Source: Savitreella phatthalungensis (taxonomy: Eukaryota). Taken from it: a stretch of 64,000 bases of DNA. Location: positions 62,001-126,000 of the forward strand of contig AP039700.1 of the NCBI GenBank assembly GCA_051599415.1. The letters run 5' to 3'. The notes beneath the pieces were generated by a model, which saw only the letters and a program-made list of their open reading frames with translations, did not search any database and had not been told where the DNA came from. Shown here piece after piece: positions 34,267-44,423 of this stretch. The translations under genes and the position numbers were made by a program. The stretch's first letter is position 1. The number at the start of each line of letters is the position of its first letter.

Positions 34267-35826
34267 ATGGCTTCAGTAGTCCAATTCGACGACATCTACC
34301 TGAACCTGGGAAGCGAGAGAGGCAAGCTCCGGCTGAACGAGAGCGGCTTGGGGTGGAAATGCGCAAGTCAGTCCACACCGTTCACAGTGCCCACGAGCGA
34401 CATTCGCCAAGCGATTTGGCAGCGTGCTAGCAGAGATCACGCAGTGAAACTTTATCTCAAAGGCGGCGATACAATTACGCTTGATCATTTCCGAGAGGAC
34501 GACTTTGATGCCATCGCATCGGCTGTGCGCGACAAGCTCAAGCTAAGTCTGAACAAGCGTGAGATGTCTTTACGAGGTTGGAACTGGGGCAAAGCACAGG
34601 TCAAAGGATCTGAATTGCAATTCGACGTCAACAGCACACCTGCCTTCGATGTGCCGCTCAAACACGTCTCCAACACCAATTTGACAGGAAAGAACGAGGT
34701 TGCTATCGAATTCAATCTTCCTGACGATGGATCTGCTGCCGATGTCGACCAGCTTTCCGAAATGCGCTTGTATGTACCTGGAGATGGCAAGGAGGAGGAC
34801 TCTTCCGGCGAAGAGCAGGACGATGCGCCACGTGAGACAGCAGCCCAATTATTGCACGCCCGCTTGAAGGAGACAGCCGACGTTGGAGATGTCGCTGGCG
34901 ACGTCATTGCCTCTTTCGCGGATGTCGCTATTTTAACACCTCGTGGGCGTTACGAGATCGACCTTTTTGAGAACTCGATGCGAATGCGCGGTAAGACGTA
35001 CGACTACAAGGTTCAGTACAGCGCAATTCAGCAGCTCTTTGTCCTTCCCAAGAACGACGACTTGCACAATATTCTCGTGATCGGACTCGATCCGCCGATG
35101 CGTCAAGGACAAACGCGCTACCCATATGTTGTGCTGCAGTTCCCTCGGGAAGAGGAAATGGAGGTCGAGCTAAACGCAAATGATAGCTTGCTTGCCAAAC
35201 ACGATAAGCTGCAGAAGACCTATGATGCGCCAGCGCACGATGTGGTCAGTCAAGTGCTTCGCGGCCTATGTGGTAAGAAGATCACGGTCACCTCGTCCTT
35301 TCAGACGGTGGCAGGACATCCCTGCCTCAAGTGTAACAACAAAGCAAACGAAGGCGCCTTGTATTTGCTCGAACGCAGCGTACTGTTCGTCGTCAAGCCG
35401 ACTATCTTCATCGCATACTCGGAAGTCCTTCACGTGACTTTTTCGCGCGTTGCTGCATCAGCTAGCAAAACCTTCGATCTCACGTTCAAGCTGCGCAATG
35501 GTCAGGATCAGCAATTCACCTCCATCAACCGTGATGAACAGCAGGTGGTCGAGGACTTCCTCAAAGCACGTAATCTCAAATTGCGGAATGACATGCAGGA
35601 GGAAGCGGCACTAATTACCGCCGCCCTAGGGGTGGACTCTAGCGACGACGAAGACGTCCCCGCTATTCGTGGCGACAGTGGAGATGAAGGCGAGGAGTCA
35701 CCAGACGAGGACTTTGTCGATGGCGATGACGATTCCGAAGACGATCTCGAGTACAATTCGGATGCAGCCATGAGCGACGGCGATGGTGACGCAGAGGAGC
35801 CACCAAAAAAGAAGCGTAAGGATTGA
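34267..35826 (+). CDS. POB3: FACT complex subunit Pob3/SSRP1
   Basis: SLRGWNWG, GKNEVAIEF, LTPRGRYEID, LDPPMRQGQTRYP, acidic tail with NLS PPKKKRK, and no HMG box. Confidence 0.96.
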   Translation: MASVVQFDDIYLNLGSERGKLRLNESGLGWKCASQSTPFTVPTSDIRQAIWQRASRDHAVKLYLKGGDTITLDHFREDDFDAIASAVRDKLKLSLNKREMSLRGWNWGKAQVKGSELQFDVNSTPAFDVPLKHVSNTNLTGKNEVAIEFNLPDDGSAADVDQLSEMRLYVPGDGKEEDSSGEEQDDAPRETAAQLLHARLKETADVGDVAGDVIASFADVAILTPRGRYEIDLFENSMRMRGKTYDYKVQYSAIQQLFVLPKNDDLHNILVIGLDPPMRQGQTRYPYVVLQFPREEEMEVELNANDSLLAKHDKLQKTYDAPAHDVVSQVLRGLCGKKITVTSSFQTVAGHPCLKCNNKANEGALYLLERSVLFVVKPTIFIAYSEVLHVTFSRVAASASKTFDLTFKLRNGQDQQFTSINRDEQQVVEDFLKARNLKLRNDMQEEAALITAALGVDSSDDEDVPAIRGDSGDEGEESPDEDFVDGDDDSEDDLEYNSDAAMSDGDGDAEEPPKKKRKD

Positions 35827-36139
35827 GACAGCTGCTTTCCCATGCATTCAAACGATAAGCGGGTGATAGGCGGAGGTCTAACTCGATCAAGCCTTTAAGT
35901 CTTTGCGAGTTTCCAATCGAGCCCGGCCACGGCCGCGCGCGATCTGTTTGACATTTGCCGCGCCAGTGCCAGCATGAGGCTGGTAATCTCGCGCGATGAA
36001 GGACGCCAAGTTCACCATCCTAAAATATGCCTCTAGAACATGGCCGTCACTAGTTGATGCATATTGGATGTCAGTTACTTCATACTGCAAATACACTGAG
36101 GCCCAGCGAATCCTTCTGTTGCGGTCGGCCTCACCGCCC

Positions 36140-38434
36140 GGGTCTCACAGAGGACAGTCGCAAGGTCTCGGGGGAACAACAGAATCGACGCAAATACGGC
36201 AGACAAAGCAAGTTCAACCATAGGGTCGAGTCACACTGACTGGCTTTGTACAAGTTATGCGCATCGCCGTCACTTCTGCAACCAATGGTGGATGGTGACA
36301 TAGCCGCAGCTCTGTGAGCCAGGCTCTGCGAGGGAGATTGTTCTTGCGCTAGATACTGATCATATGCCATTTGCGTCCATATGCTGCATTTGTCATGACC
36401 GGTCAAGTCGTCTGGGCTGCTCGTATTCAATTTTACGCGATGCTGTCACTTCTGCAATCACTCAGTACTCTCTATGACCAGACTGTGGGCCCGTATGGAG
36501 CTGGCAAGTTGTATTGTTCTGTGCTAGGTTCTGGTGGTGGTGATATCTTGCTCACTGTCTGTATACAGCGTGCTCTGTCCTCTTATGCCTAGGTCCATAT
36601 GCAATCTGCCATGTCAACAGAGTCAAGACATGTATCAGCTAAAGCATCTGTACGGGTTGGGGCTGCTGACTTGATTCAATGTCTCATAGTCCTCCTGTTT
36701 CTATTTGTACTTTCTTGCAGACATTTGTGTCGCGGAGGACAATCGCAGAACCCAAGAGCGACAAACAAAGCAATCCAGACATGAACCAGACAGCACAGAA
36801 GGAAGGACCCAGACAGAGTCTGACAGGGGACACAGATGTCGCGGAGGACGGCCGCAGGACCCCAGAGCGACGGACGAAGCGACACAGACACGAGCCAGAC
36901 GACACAGGAGGACACAGACGGAGGCCACTGAGGAACACGGAGAGACACAAACAAGCACAAACAGATACAGAGGGACTACAAGGGACGGTCTTGGTGGTGA
37001 CACTGACCATGCTATAACTGATACATAACACAACTCTGCAAACGTGGCAGGTTGATAGGGGGCTACAAGAGGATGCAACACACCATAGGGAGACAGCGTG
37101 CCAGATATCACCAATACCAGGACCTAGCACAGGTCAATACTATTTGACAGCTCCATGAGGGGCTACTATTGTGTCATATGTAGACCAAGTGATTGCAGAA
37201 GTGATGGCATTGTGTACAAACCGTATACAATCAACTTGGACCACAGAGTGGTCGCGACAACTATCTTGTCATACATAGACTCAAGGATTGCAGAAGTGAC
37301 AGCAATGTGTATGGATTGTATACAATTGACCTGGACAACTTAGCGGTCGCAACATTTGGGTCACAAGCTGCATGACCGTGACAGTGTGCTCTGCATTTAG
37401 TTTTGACAAGCGACCAAGCGAATATCGATGATTTCGCACAGCAACAGAGTGAACGAGCAGTTACAGCGGTCGCGCTGGTTTTACGCGGCTGACATGTTGT
37501 TTACATGGCTGACAAGAAGTTCGAAGTCGGTTCGAGACGCAGCATATTCACTTCATTCTTGAATTCCATGACGAAAGTAATAACAACGTCAAACATTGTG
37601 TCTCCCGGTTGGATATGCAAAATGTTCTCCTTTAACGATTGGCAAATTCTGATAGGAATCATCTACCTTTTGGCATATTCTTAATATCTCCGGTCCAGAA
37701 TCGCTGATTCTGACATTTCGTAATCTCGAGCGACGCCGCTGCGGAAAGTCGCTAAGGCCAAGAAGCACGCGAAAAGGTCATTTAGACACATGTGTCAGAA
37801 TGCAGAGACATTGCTTCAACAACTCATGAAGAGAATAAAGAGAAGTCCTCAAGAGTCCTGAGTCTATTGGCCAGCATAGTTCCTAAAGGCGCCATTGTGA
37901 CGGACAATTCCACATTGCTCTGTCGAAAATCCGTGAGCACGTCAGTACACTATAAGGTGGGCGTCGCGGGGACAGTCGTAAGATCTGATGCCGATGCATC
38001 AAGCAACACGGACTCAAAACAGACAACACAGGACGACTGACATAGAGCTCACTGGACAACTCAAATGGACACAAATTTTCCCGACGGCTCGGTCCTCCAG
38101 GTAGATTATATACAATCCGTACACAACGCCCTCACTTCTGCAATCACTGGGTCTATGTATGACAAGAAAATAGCCCTGTATGGAACTGTTGGATAATATT
38201 GTTCTGTGCTGACTCCTGGGGTTGATGGAATTTTGCACGCTGCCCTTATATGGCTTGCTGTGTGTCCTTGTACTCAGGCCGACTTGCCATGTCAGCAGAG
38301 TTGTGGTATGTATGAGTTATGGCATGGTTTGGCACCACTATCTAGACTGGCCTCTCCTGTAGTCCTTCTATTATGTTTGTACTTGTTTGTGCACATCTGT
38401 GCCTGTCTGTTGATGCGGCCACTCCATGGCCCGG
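36140..38434. repeat. Degenerate copies of the same repeat family around and inside the inverted repeat
   Basis: Core TCACTTCTGCAA at 36270(+), 36446(+), 37193(-), 37288(-), 38132(+), 38466(+). Motif GTCGCGGAGGAC-like at 36144, 36729, 36838, 37963 (+) and 38821 (-). Copies of about 300 bp at roughly 36430-36725 and 38095-38430. Confidence 0.85.
36835..37235 (+). repeat. Left arm of a 401-bp perfect inverted repeat
   Basis: Reverse complement of 38435-38835 with no mismatches seen; paired coordinates sum to 75670 throughout. Spurious ORFs on opposite strands (36684-37130 minus, 38540-38860 plus) translate identically over the shared part. Confidence 0.95.
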
Positions 38435-38835
38435 GTTGATTGTATACGGTTTGTACACAATGCCATCACTTCTGCAATCACTTGGTCTACATATGACACA
38501 ATAGTAGCCCCTCATGGAGCTGTCAAATAGTATTGACCTGTGCTAGGTCCTGGTATTGGTGATATCTGGCACGCTGTCTCCCTATGGTGTGTTGCATCCT
38601 CTTGTAGCCCCCTATCAACCTGCCACGTTTGCAGAGTTGTGTTATGTATCAGTTATAGCATGGTCAGTGTCACCACCAAGACCGTCCCTTGTAGTCCCTC
38701 TGTATCTGTTTGTGCTTGTTTGTGTCTCTCCGTGTTCCTCAGTGGCCTCCGTCTGTGTCCTCCTGTGTCGTCTGGCTCGTGTCTGTGTCGCTTCGTCCGT
38801 CGCTCTGGGGTCCTGCGGCCGTCCTCCGCGACATC
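38435..38835 (-). repeat. Right arm of a 401-bp perfect inverted repeat
   Basis: gttgattgtatacgg...gtcctccgcgacatc is the reverse complement of gatgtcgcggaggac...ccgtatacaatcaac. Confidence 0.95.
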
Positions 38836-40007
38836 GAGTCAGTCTTCCAGTGTTCCCTGACTTGAGCATGTGTCATTTGTCCCTCACTCTTGGATCTTGC
38901 GACCGTCCTACGTAACGTGTGGCTGCTCATAGCAGGGACATTTGACCCACGGCGCTCTGTATTGAAAATAGTGGCATACTATCGGATGCAGCATGCTCTG
39001 CGTCCTCTTTTTGCCAGCTATCGGTTTCGCCACATGAGGAGACTCGATTGCTGTTTCGAATTTTGCCCTGCCGCAGGTATCAGGCATACTGTAGTGTTCC
39101 AAGAGGCAGGCTCCACTGTGTTGATCAGATCCGGGAGCAGCTGTCTTATGTGTGATACATGCCTTACTTCGCCCAATTCACATGCTAAGATTGCGATCAC
39201 GTGATAGGCTGCGTTACCTGCGACTAGCCGTAAACAAAGCAGGTTAGCTGCATAGGCCCCGATAGGCCAGAGGGACATAACCTGGAGCTCATCAAGAGAG
39301 ACACATGTCGCAAGTGGTCACAGAAGACGACAATAGTCGGACGTCATGCACAGAATTTGATCTGAAAGGGCGCTATGGAAGATGCAGTACATGCTAAAAA
39401 TACAGCATGGCCAAATGCAAACAGCGCGCCCGATCCCACTATAATCGGAGCGTTAGGTGCCACGGTCTTATCTGCATGCTATTGACGACACCAAACAAAG
39501 GGTACAAACGTCTGGGATATAGTAGTCAGTCACTGCGGAAGCGACGGTGGACGCATGCAATTGCAGACGCAAGGCCAGAGTGACCAGATTCGTTTTAAGG
39601 ACTTGGCCCGCTCTGCGTCCGCGGTGCTATACGTCCAGCACTCGGACTTTAGAAATCGCGCTTCGCGAGACAACGGCAATTTCAAGATATCGATGCAAAA
39701 AAACGAAGTATCACGATATACGTTGTGTGCTACAATACTTACCTAGTCGTCGAACTTTGTTTGTGGCGCAGCGAACGCAGAGTGTACCTACGGGTACGCA
39801 AACTAGCGCGCGCAATCGCGCTAGCACGATTGCCCAAAAATGGCAATAGACTTACGATTTTGACCCACTCATGGATGCAAAACGATTAGTGATCCATGAG
39901 CTTCAAAGTAGCGATGTTCGTGTATGCGCCACGATATTGCAAGCGAGTTTGACGCAAGTGCGCGGTCGGGAGTTGAGACGTTCGTACCTAGTCGCAAGTC
40001 CACGATG

Positions 40008-42658
40008 TCACATCCGGATCTCTGACAGGAAAGATTGTGGATTAAGAATCAGCGGCATCAATGCGTGACAGAGGAGCACCCATCCAAGAGGCAGACTTGC
40101 GAACACTGAAGGCACTGTCCGCCATGCAATCGGGGCAAATGGCGTGCTCAGAATCAAAGCCGCCACTCCGAAGAAACCGAGAATGGCGTACATCCATCGA
40201 AATCTTTGCCATATGTGCGGGATTTCGCGCCAAAAATGCGACTCCTCCAGCACCTTGGCAGTCGAGCCCCAAGAGATTGGGATCGAGAGAAGGTGCCACA
40301 CCAGAGCCTGGCTCACATGTAGCGAGAGTCCTCCGAAAAAAATGCTTAAGACAGCAATATTCTTGTAGTTGTCGACAATCGCGCTGACAGGTGAAGCACC
40401 GCGGCGCCAATTATGAACGGCATTTGCGAATGGAACGGCCACATCGAACAGAACCAGAACAGCAATGATCACTTGGAACGCCGACTGATAGAGTCTGGTA
40501 AGCTTGACATTGTACCAAGACACGAGAAAGAAGTTGAGAATGGCTAAGATCCACTGTGACCCAATCGCATAATAACTGCCCATGTATGCCAACGTTGTGA
40601 ATTTAGAGCTGAGAGGTATGTTCGAGCGGACGTAGCGCCGAAATAACGGAGTGAAGGGACCTCGCGTGGGCCAGTATTTTATTGGGTGAAACACAAGCTC
40701 AGAAACACCATATGCGTATTTTTGCCATCTGTCGACCTCGTCGTATAGTGTCAACGAAACCCCCTCACGGAACCCGTCCACGTATGTCGCGAGACGGACA
40801 ACGTATCCCATGTCCTGCAATTGCATGGATATTTCAAAATCTTCTGAGACATGCCCCTCCGACCATGGCGCTGCCCCTAATCGCATCAAGGCTGCCGTTC
40901 TCAAGAAAGCGTTGTGTCCGATGAATGGCGCCACATCGCCGCCTGCAGTCATGTACATCATCCCGTCGCTGACAAATTGCGTGAAGAAAGCCATTGTATC
41001 CTCCCAATAATTGTGCACGACTTGAAAAGCGAGCGAGTAATGCTGTAAAATCGCAAGTTCGGGCGATGCATCGAACTCTAGAGCGGCGGCTAGTAGGCAA
41101 TCTTCCGGTATTCGGGTATCGGCATCAATCAGAAGGATAATGTCGCCAAGTCTCACGTCTCCTTCTCCCATAGACTGTGGATGGCGCTCAAGAAGCACTG
41201 CATCGAGGCTCGATTGCAGGAGAATCTTTTCATGAATTCCGGGAGATTCATTGGCCTGCACACGCAAGCGCTGCGCGAGCGATTGTGCGATGCCAAGGCA
41301 AAAATTCTACCACGTCAACATCGAACCAAAAAGCTCAGGATTGCTGAATACCATATTTGAGGCCTTCTTGAAGCGTCCGGCACGTGCGAAGGAATCGGAA
41401 CTCGCGGGCCTAGCCACCCACGCAATATCTTGATGTCGATAAAAGTCGCGTCGCTTCAGCGCCTCTCCGGGCGAAATGACGGCCATGCCATCGTCGTTGA
41501 CGAAAAGCTGAGCCGTTCCTCCCTGCTTCTCATATGTTCGGATCGCGCTTTGGACAGACGCAAACGCAGGAATCAGGACGTCCTCGAGAGGCTCTTTGTA
41601 GACGGGACACTGAATTGTCACGCTGTGAATATTAGTATAGGCTCTCGGTCTGCAGACATAGGAATATAGGTCACGTACAGTGGCAGCTTAATTTTCCGTG
41701 CTTCTGGAACCTGCCCAGAGTAGAAGCGGCTGTTTCCTTTGAGGTGAGAAATAGGCCCAACGAGCTTCAAAATCGTGATACAGACAGTCTGCGCAAAGAA
41801 AGCGGAGAGCCATGCCACGATTGGCCAGTAGAGTAGGATGAGCATAGCGGCATAGTTGCTGTCAGCCTTGATCTCGAGTATTATTTCGTGAACATCCTGT
41901 CCCCAGAATGTGGCGATGATCAGAACGCTCAGGGCTGTTGATAGTGGCGTGAGCAGAGCCAAGCCACGGCGTGAAACTACACTTTCTTTCTTTTCATCCG
42001 CGAAGCTGTTCACGTTGATCGTCTTATTGAAGTAGGCTCGGACCAGCCGATTCTCTAGGCCACGTCCGTTTGAGATCAGATCGGATGCATTTTCAGCCCA
42101 GATAAGGACAGAGCCATGCTCTCGCACGAAAACGCTACCAGACGCTATCCGTAGTTCGTGGATATCTTCGTAGCTTTCCAGAACTTGGATCTGAAGGTCA
42201 TCATCGATATAAAGCGTTCGTACTCCAGGTGAAACATCAGCAAGTATTGCACGCGTCAAGACGTTGCAAAGCTCGGCAAGACAGAAACACTGGATATATC
42301 CGGCGATATCTGCGAGGTCGATCGAGTCATCGTGAGATGATGCAGAGAGAGATTCAGAGCTCTGGTGAGGTGCTGAGAGATAGCTCGCCTCCAGCCCTGA
42401 CTCTCGAATGACAACACGTGTGGCGTCCGGTCTGCCTGGATCTTCGAACCAGCCATCAGCCCGTGCATTGCGATATATGTACCTTAGTAGGAGCTCTTGA
42501 CGAGTATGCATTGTTTCATCGGCTTCGATTTCGAGATCGAATTCGGAGCAGTCCTGTTTGTCACCTGCGACAGACTCGCTGAGCTCGACGAAGGACAGCT
42601 CTGCCACATGTCTCTCAGATGCTGTCGCTTTTCGCCACTCGTGAGGCGGCCAACGCAT
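40008..42658 (-). CDS. Membrane GT2-family glycosyltransferase, paralog C; exons 42658-41679, 41622-41352, 41306-40008
   Basis: VTIQCPVYKE, FKKASNMN, LLIDADTRIPEDC, GHNAFLR, HVSEDF, EVDRWQKYAYG, FFGGLSLHV, SWGSTAK. Introns 41678-41623 and 41351-41307 restore the frame. Exact start codon is uncertain. Confidence 0.9.
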
Positions 42659-43005
42659 CACAACTATCGAGACAGTAGGCGACTCCTTTTTTCGTCTGTG
42701 AACTGCGCTGAGCGCACACGTTTTTCAGGGACTCTGTGGAAGTAGCAAGGTGCGCTCATGTGTCATGATCAGGGAACTTGTACACGAGGCCGATCGACGC
42801 AGACTTCATCTCCGAGGGAAGATGGACCTTGGTCAGACTATCTGTCGATGCGTCCGGCTCATTGAATGAACTTATATTCCCTTCCTGAGATGTTATGTGA
42901 TTGGACAGCAAGCCGCTTTCAACATAAAAACCATTGTCTAGAAACACGGCAAGGCGTGTGAGGCAAGACCTCAAAAATCTTACATGGACGGTACAAATAG
43001 TCGTC

Positions 43006-43045
43006 ACGATGTGGTATTGTTGAGACGATGTGGTATTGTTGAGAC
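43006..43045. repeat. Perfect 19-bp tandem duplication (ACGATGTGGTATTGTTGAG x2)
   Basis: Read directly; it ends 12 bp upstream of the first ATG of the GH16 gene. Confidence 0.9.
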
Positions 43046-43057
43046 AGTGGCATATTC

Positions 43058-44338
43058 ATGGTACGTCGCAAGTTGCGTCTGCTGCAGGGAGGCTCGATGT
43101 CTGATCAGGAGGAAGCCCTCTTATTTGAATCTCAGCAGCCCAGGCTCGCTCGAGAGCGGCAACATCAATTTGCCAAATGGCTTGAACGATTTCTCCCACG
43201 AATTGGTCTTGTGCTCTCGCTAGCAGTGCTGGCAGCATTCGGTATTACAGGTTGGCATGCATGGGAGTCAAATCACTTCTGCCTCGTCCTGGATGACGAC
43301 TTCATGGAATTCAACAGCGCTGTCTGGCTCCGAGAGAGTGAGCTGGGAGGATTTGGTACAGGCGAATTCGAATGGACAACAACTACTGACGAGAATTCTT
43401 TCGTCAAAGACGGTCGGCTGCATCTCTTGCCTTCGATCGATCCATTCTGGCCACCTCCAGATGGTACGGTACTCAATCTAACCTCCACGAATCAATGTAC
43501 CTCCATCGAGACAGGAGAGAGTCGGGAAAGGGCTTGTATCAGGACGCAAAACCTGACCACGAACTCGATTATACCCCCGCTACGAAGTGCTAGGCTGTCG
43601 ACACGGCTCTCGAGCAATATTAAATACGGACGTGTCGAAGTGAGAGCCAAATTGCCGATCGGCGATTGGCTTTGGCCGGCAATATGGATGATGCCGGTAA
43701 ACAGTACCTATGGAGGCTGGCCTCGCTCAGGTGAAATCGACATCCTCGAGTCTCGGGGAAACGGTATCGAGTACCGCGCCGTCAATGCACAGAATCAGGA
43801 ATTCCCGGGCGGCCACAACACAGCTTTCTCGACCTTGCATTGGGGTCCTGGCACACCATTTATTTGGGACGCATATCTGAAGACGACGAATGGCCTGACC
43901 TGGCCTTCCGGTAGTGACAGTCTCACTGATAGTTTTCACACTTTCGGGCTCGAATGGACACCTCGATCGATACACACGTATATTGACAGAAAATTGACGA
44001 GACTTGCTTACTTCCCATTTCCGACGCTCGGGTTCTGGGCTCATGGCCAATTCGACGAATATGCGACTGGGCTTGTCAATCCATGGGTCGGCGCGACCGG
44101 TCACGCACCATTTGACCAGGCTTTCTACCTTATCATCAATCTAGCCGTCGGAGCGACCAACGGATACTTCAAGACCAAGCCCGGCGTTCTCCCATGGGAT
44201 CCAGCTTCGCGGTCATCAGCTATGCAGGAGTTCATGGCATCTAAGGAGAAATGGCTTCCATCGTGGAAGCCGCAGACACTAGCATTTCAGATCGACCGAG
44301 TCAGGATGTGGAAGTTGTGCACGATAGATAGGCAATAA
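43058..44338 (+). CDS. Membrane-anchored GH16 beta-glucanase/transglycosylase (laminarinase-like), catalytic motif intact
   Basis: N-terminal TM, GGFGTGEFEWTT, SARLST..KYGRVEVRAKLPIGDWLWPAIWMMP, WPRSGEIDILESRGN, FHTFGLEWT, APFDQAFYLIINLAVG. The start may be 43097 (MSDQEE). Confidence 0.93.
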   Translation: MVRRKLRLLQGGSMSDQEEALLFESQQPRLARERQHQFAKWLERFLPRIGLVLSLAVLAAFGITGWHAWESNHFCLVLDDDFMEFNSAVWLRESELGGFGTGEFEWTTTTDENSFVKDGRLHLLPSIDPFWPPPDGTVLNLTSTNQCTSIETGESRERACIRTQNLTTNSIIPPLRSARLSTRLSSNIKYGRVEVRAKLPIGDWLWPAIWMMPVNSTYGGWPRSGEIDILESRGNGIEYRAVNAQNQEFPGGHNTAFSTLHWGPGTPFIWDAYLKTTNGLTWPSGSDSLTDSFHTFGLEWTPRSIHTYIDRKLTRLAYFPFPTLGFWAHGQFDEYATGLVNPWVGATGHAPFDQAFYLIINLAVGATNGYFKTKPGVLPWDPASRSSAMQEFMASKEKWLPSWKPQTLAFQIDRVRMWKLCTIDRQ

Positions 44339-44423
44339 TCACGGCTCGTGGGACGGCGACATGATGAGAGTTCATACATCGATTGAAGAGAGGAGGAAGT
44401 CATTATAACAGGCAAGCGTCGTA

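Noticed and set aside
36676..37130. Several Cys/Val-rich or Arg/Thr-rich ORFs (and duplicates at 38540-38915)
   Set aside because: Products of the TG/CA-biased repeat; multiple frames open, mostly non-ATG starts, no domain.
37500..37545. GGTTCGAG T-loop-like motif suggesting a tRNA
   Set aside because: No cloverleaf stems or A-box could be formed.
36140..38835. CRISPR-like array from the recurring TCACTTCTGCAA motif
   Set aside because: Irregular spacing, mixed orientation, homologous flanks, eukaryotic context and no cas genes.
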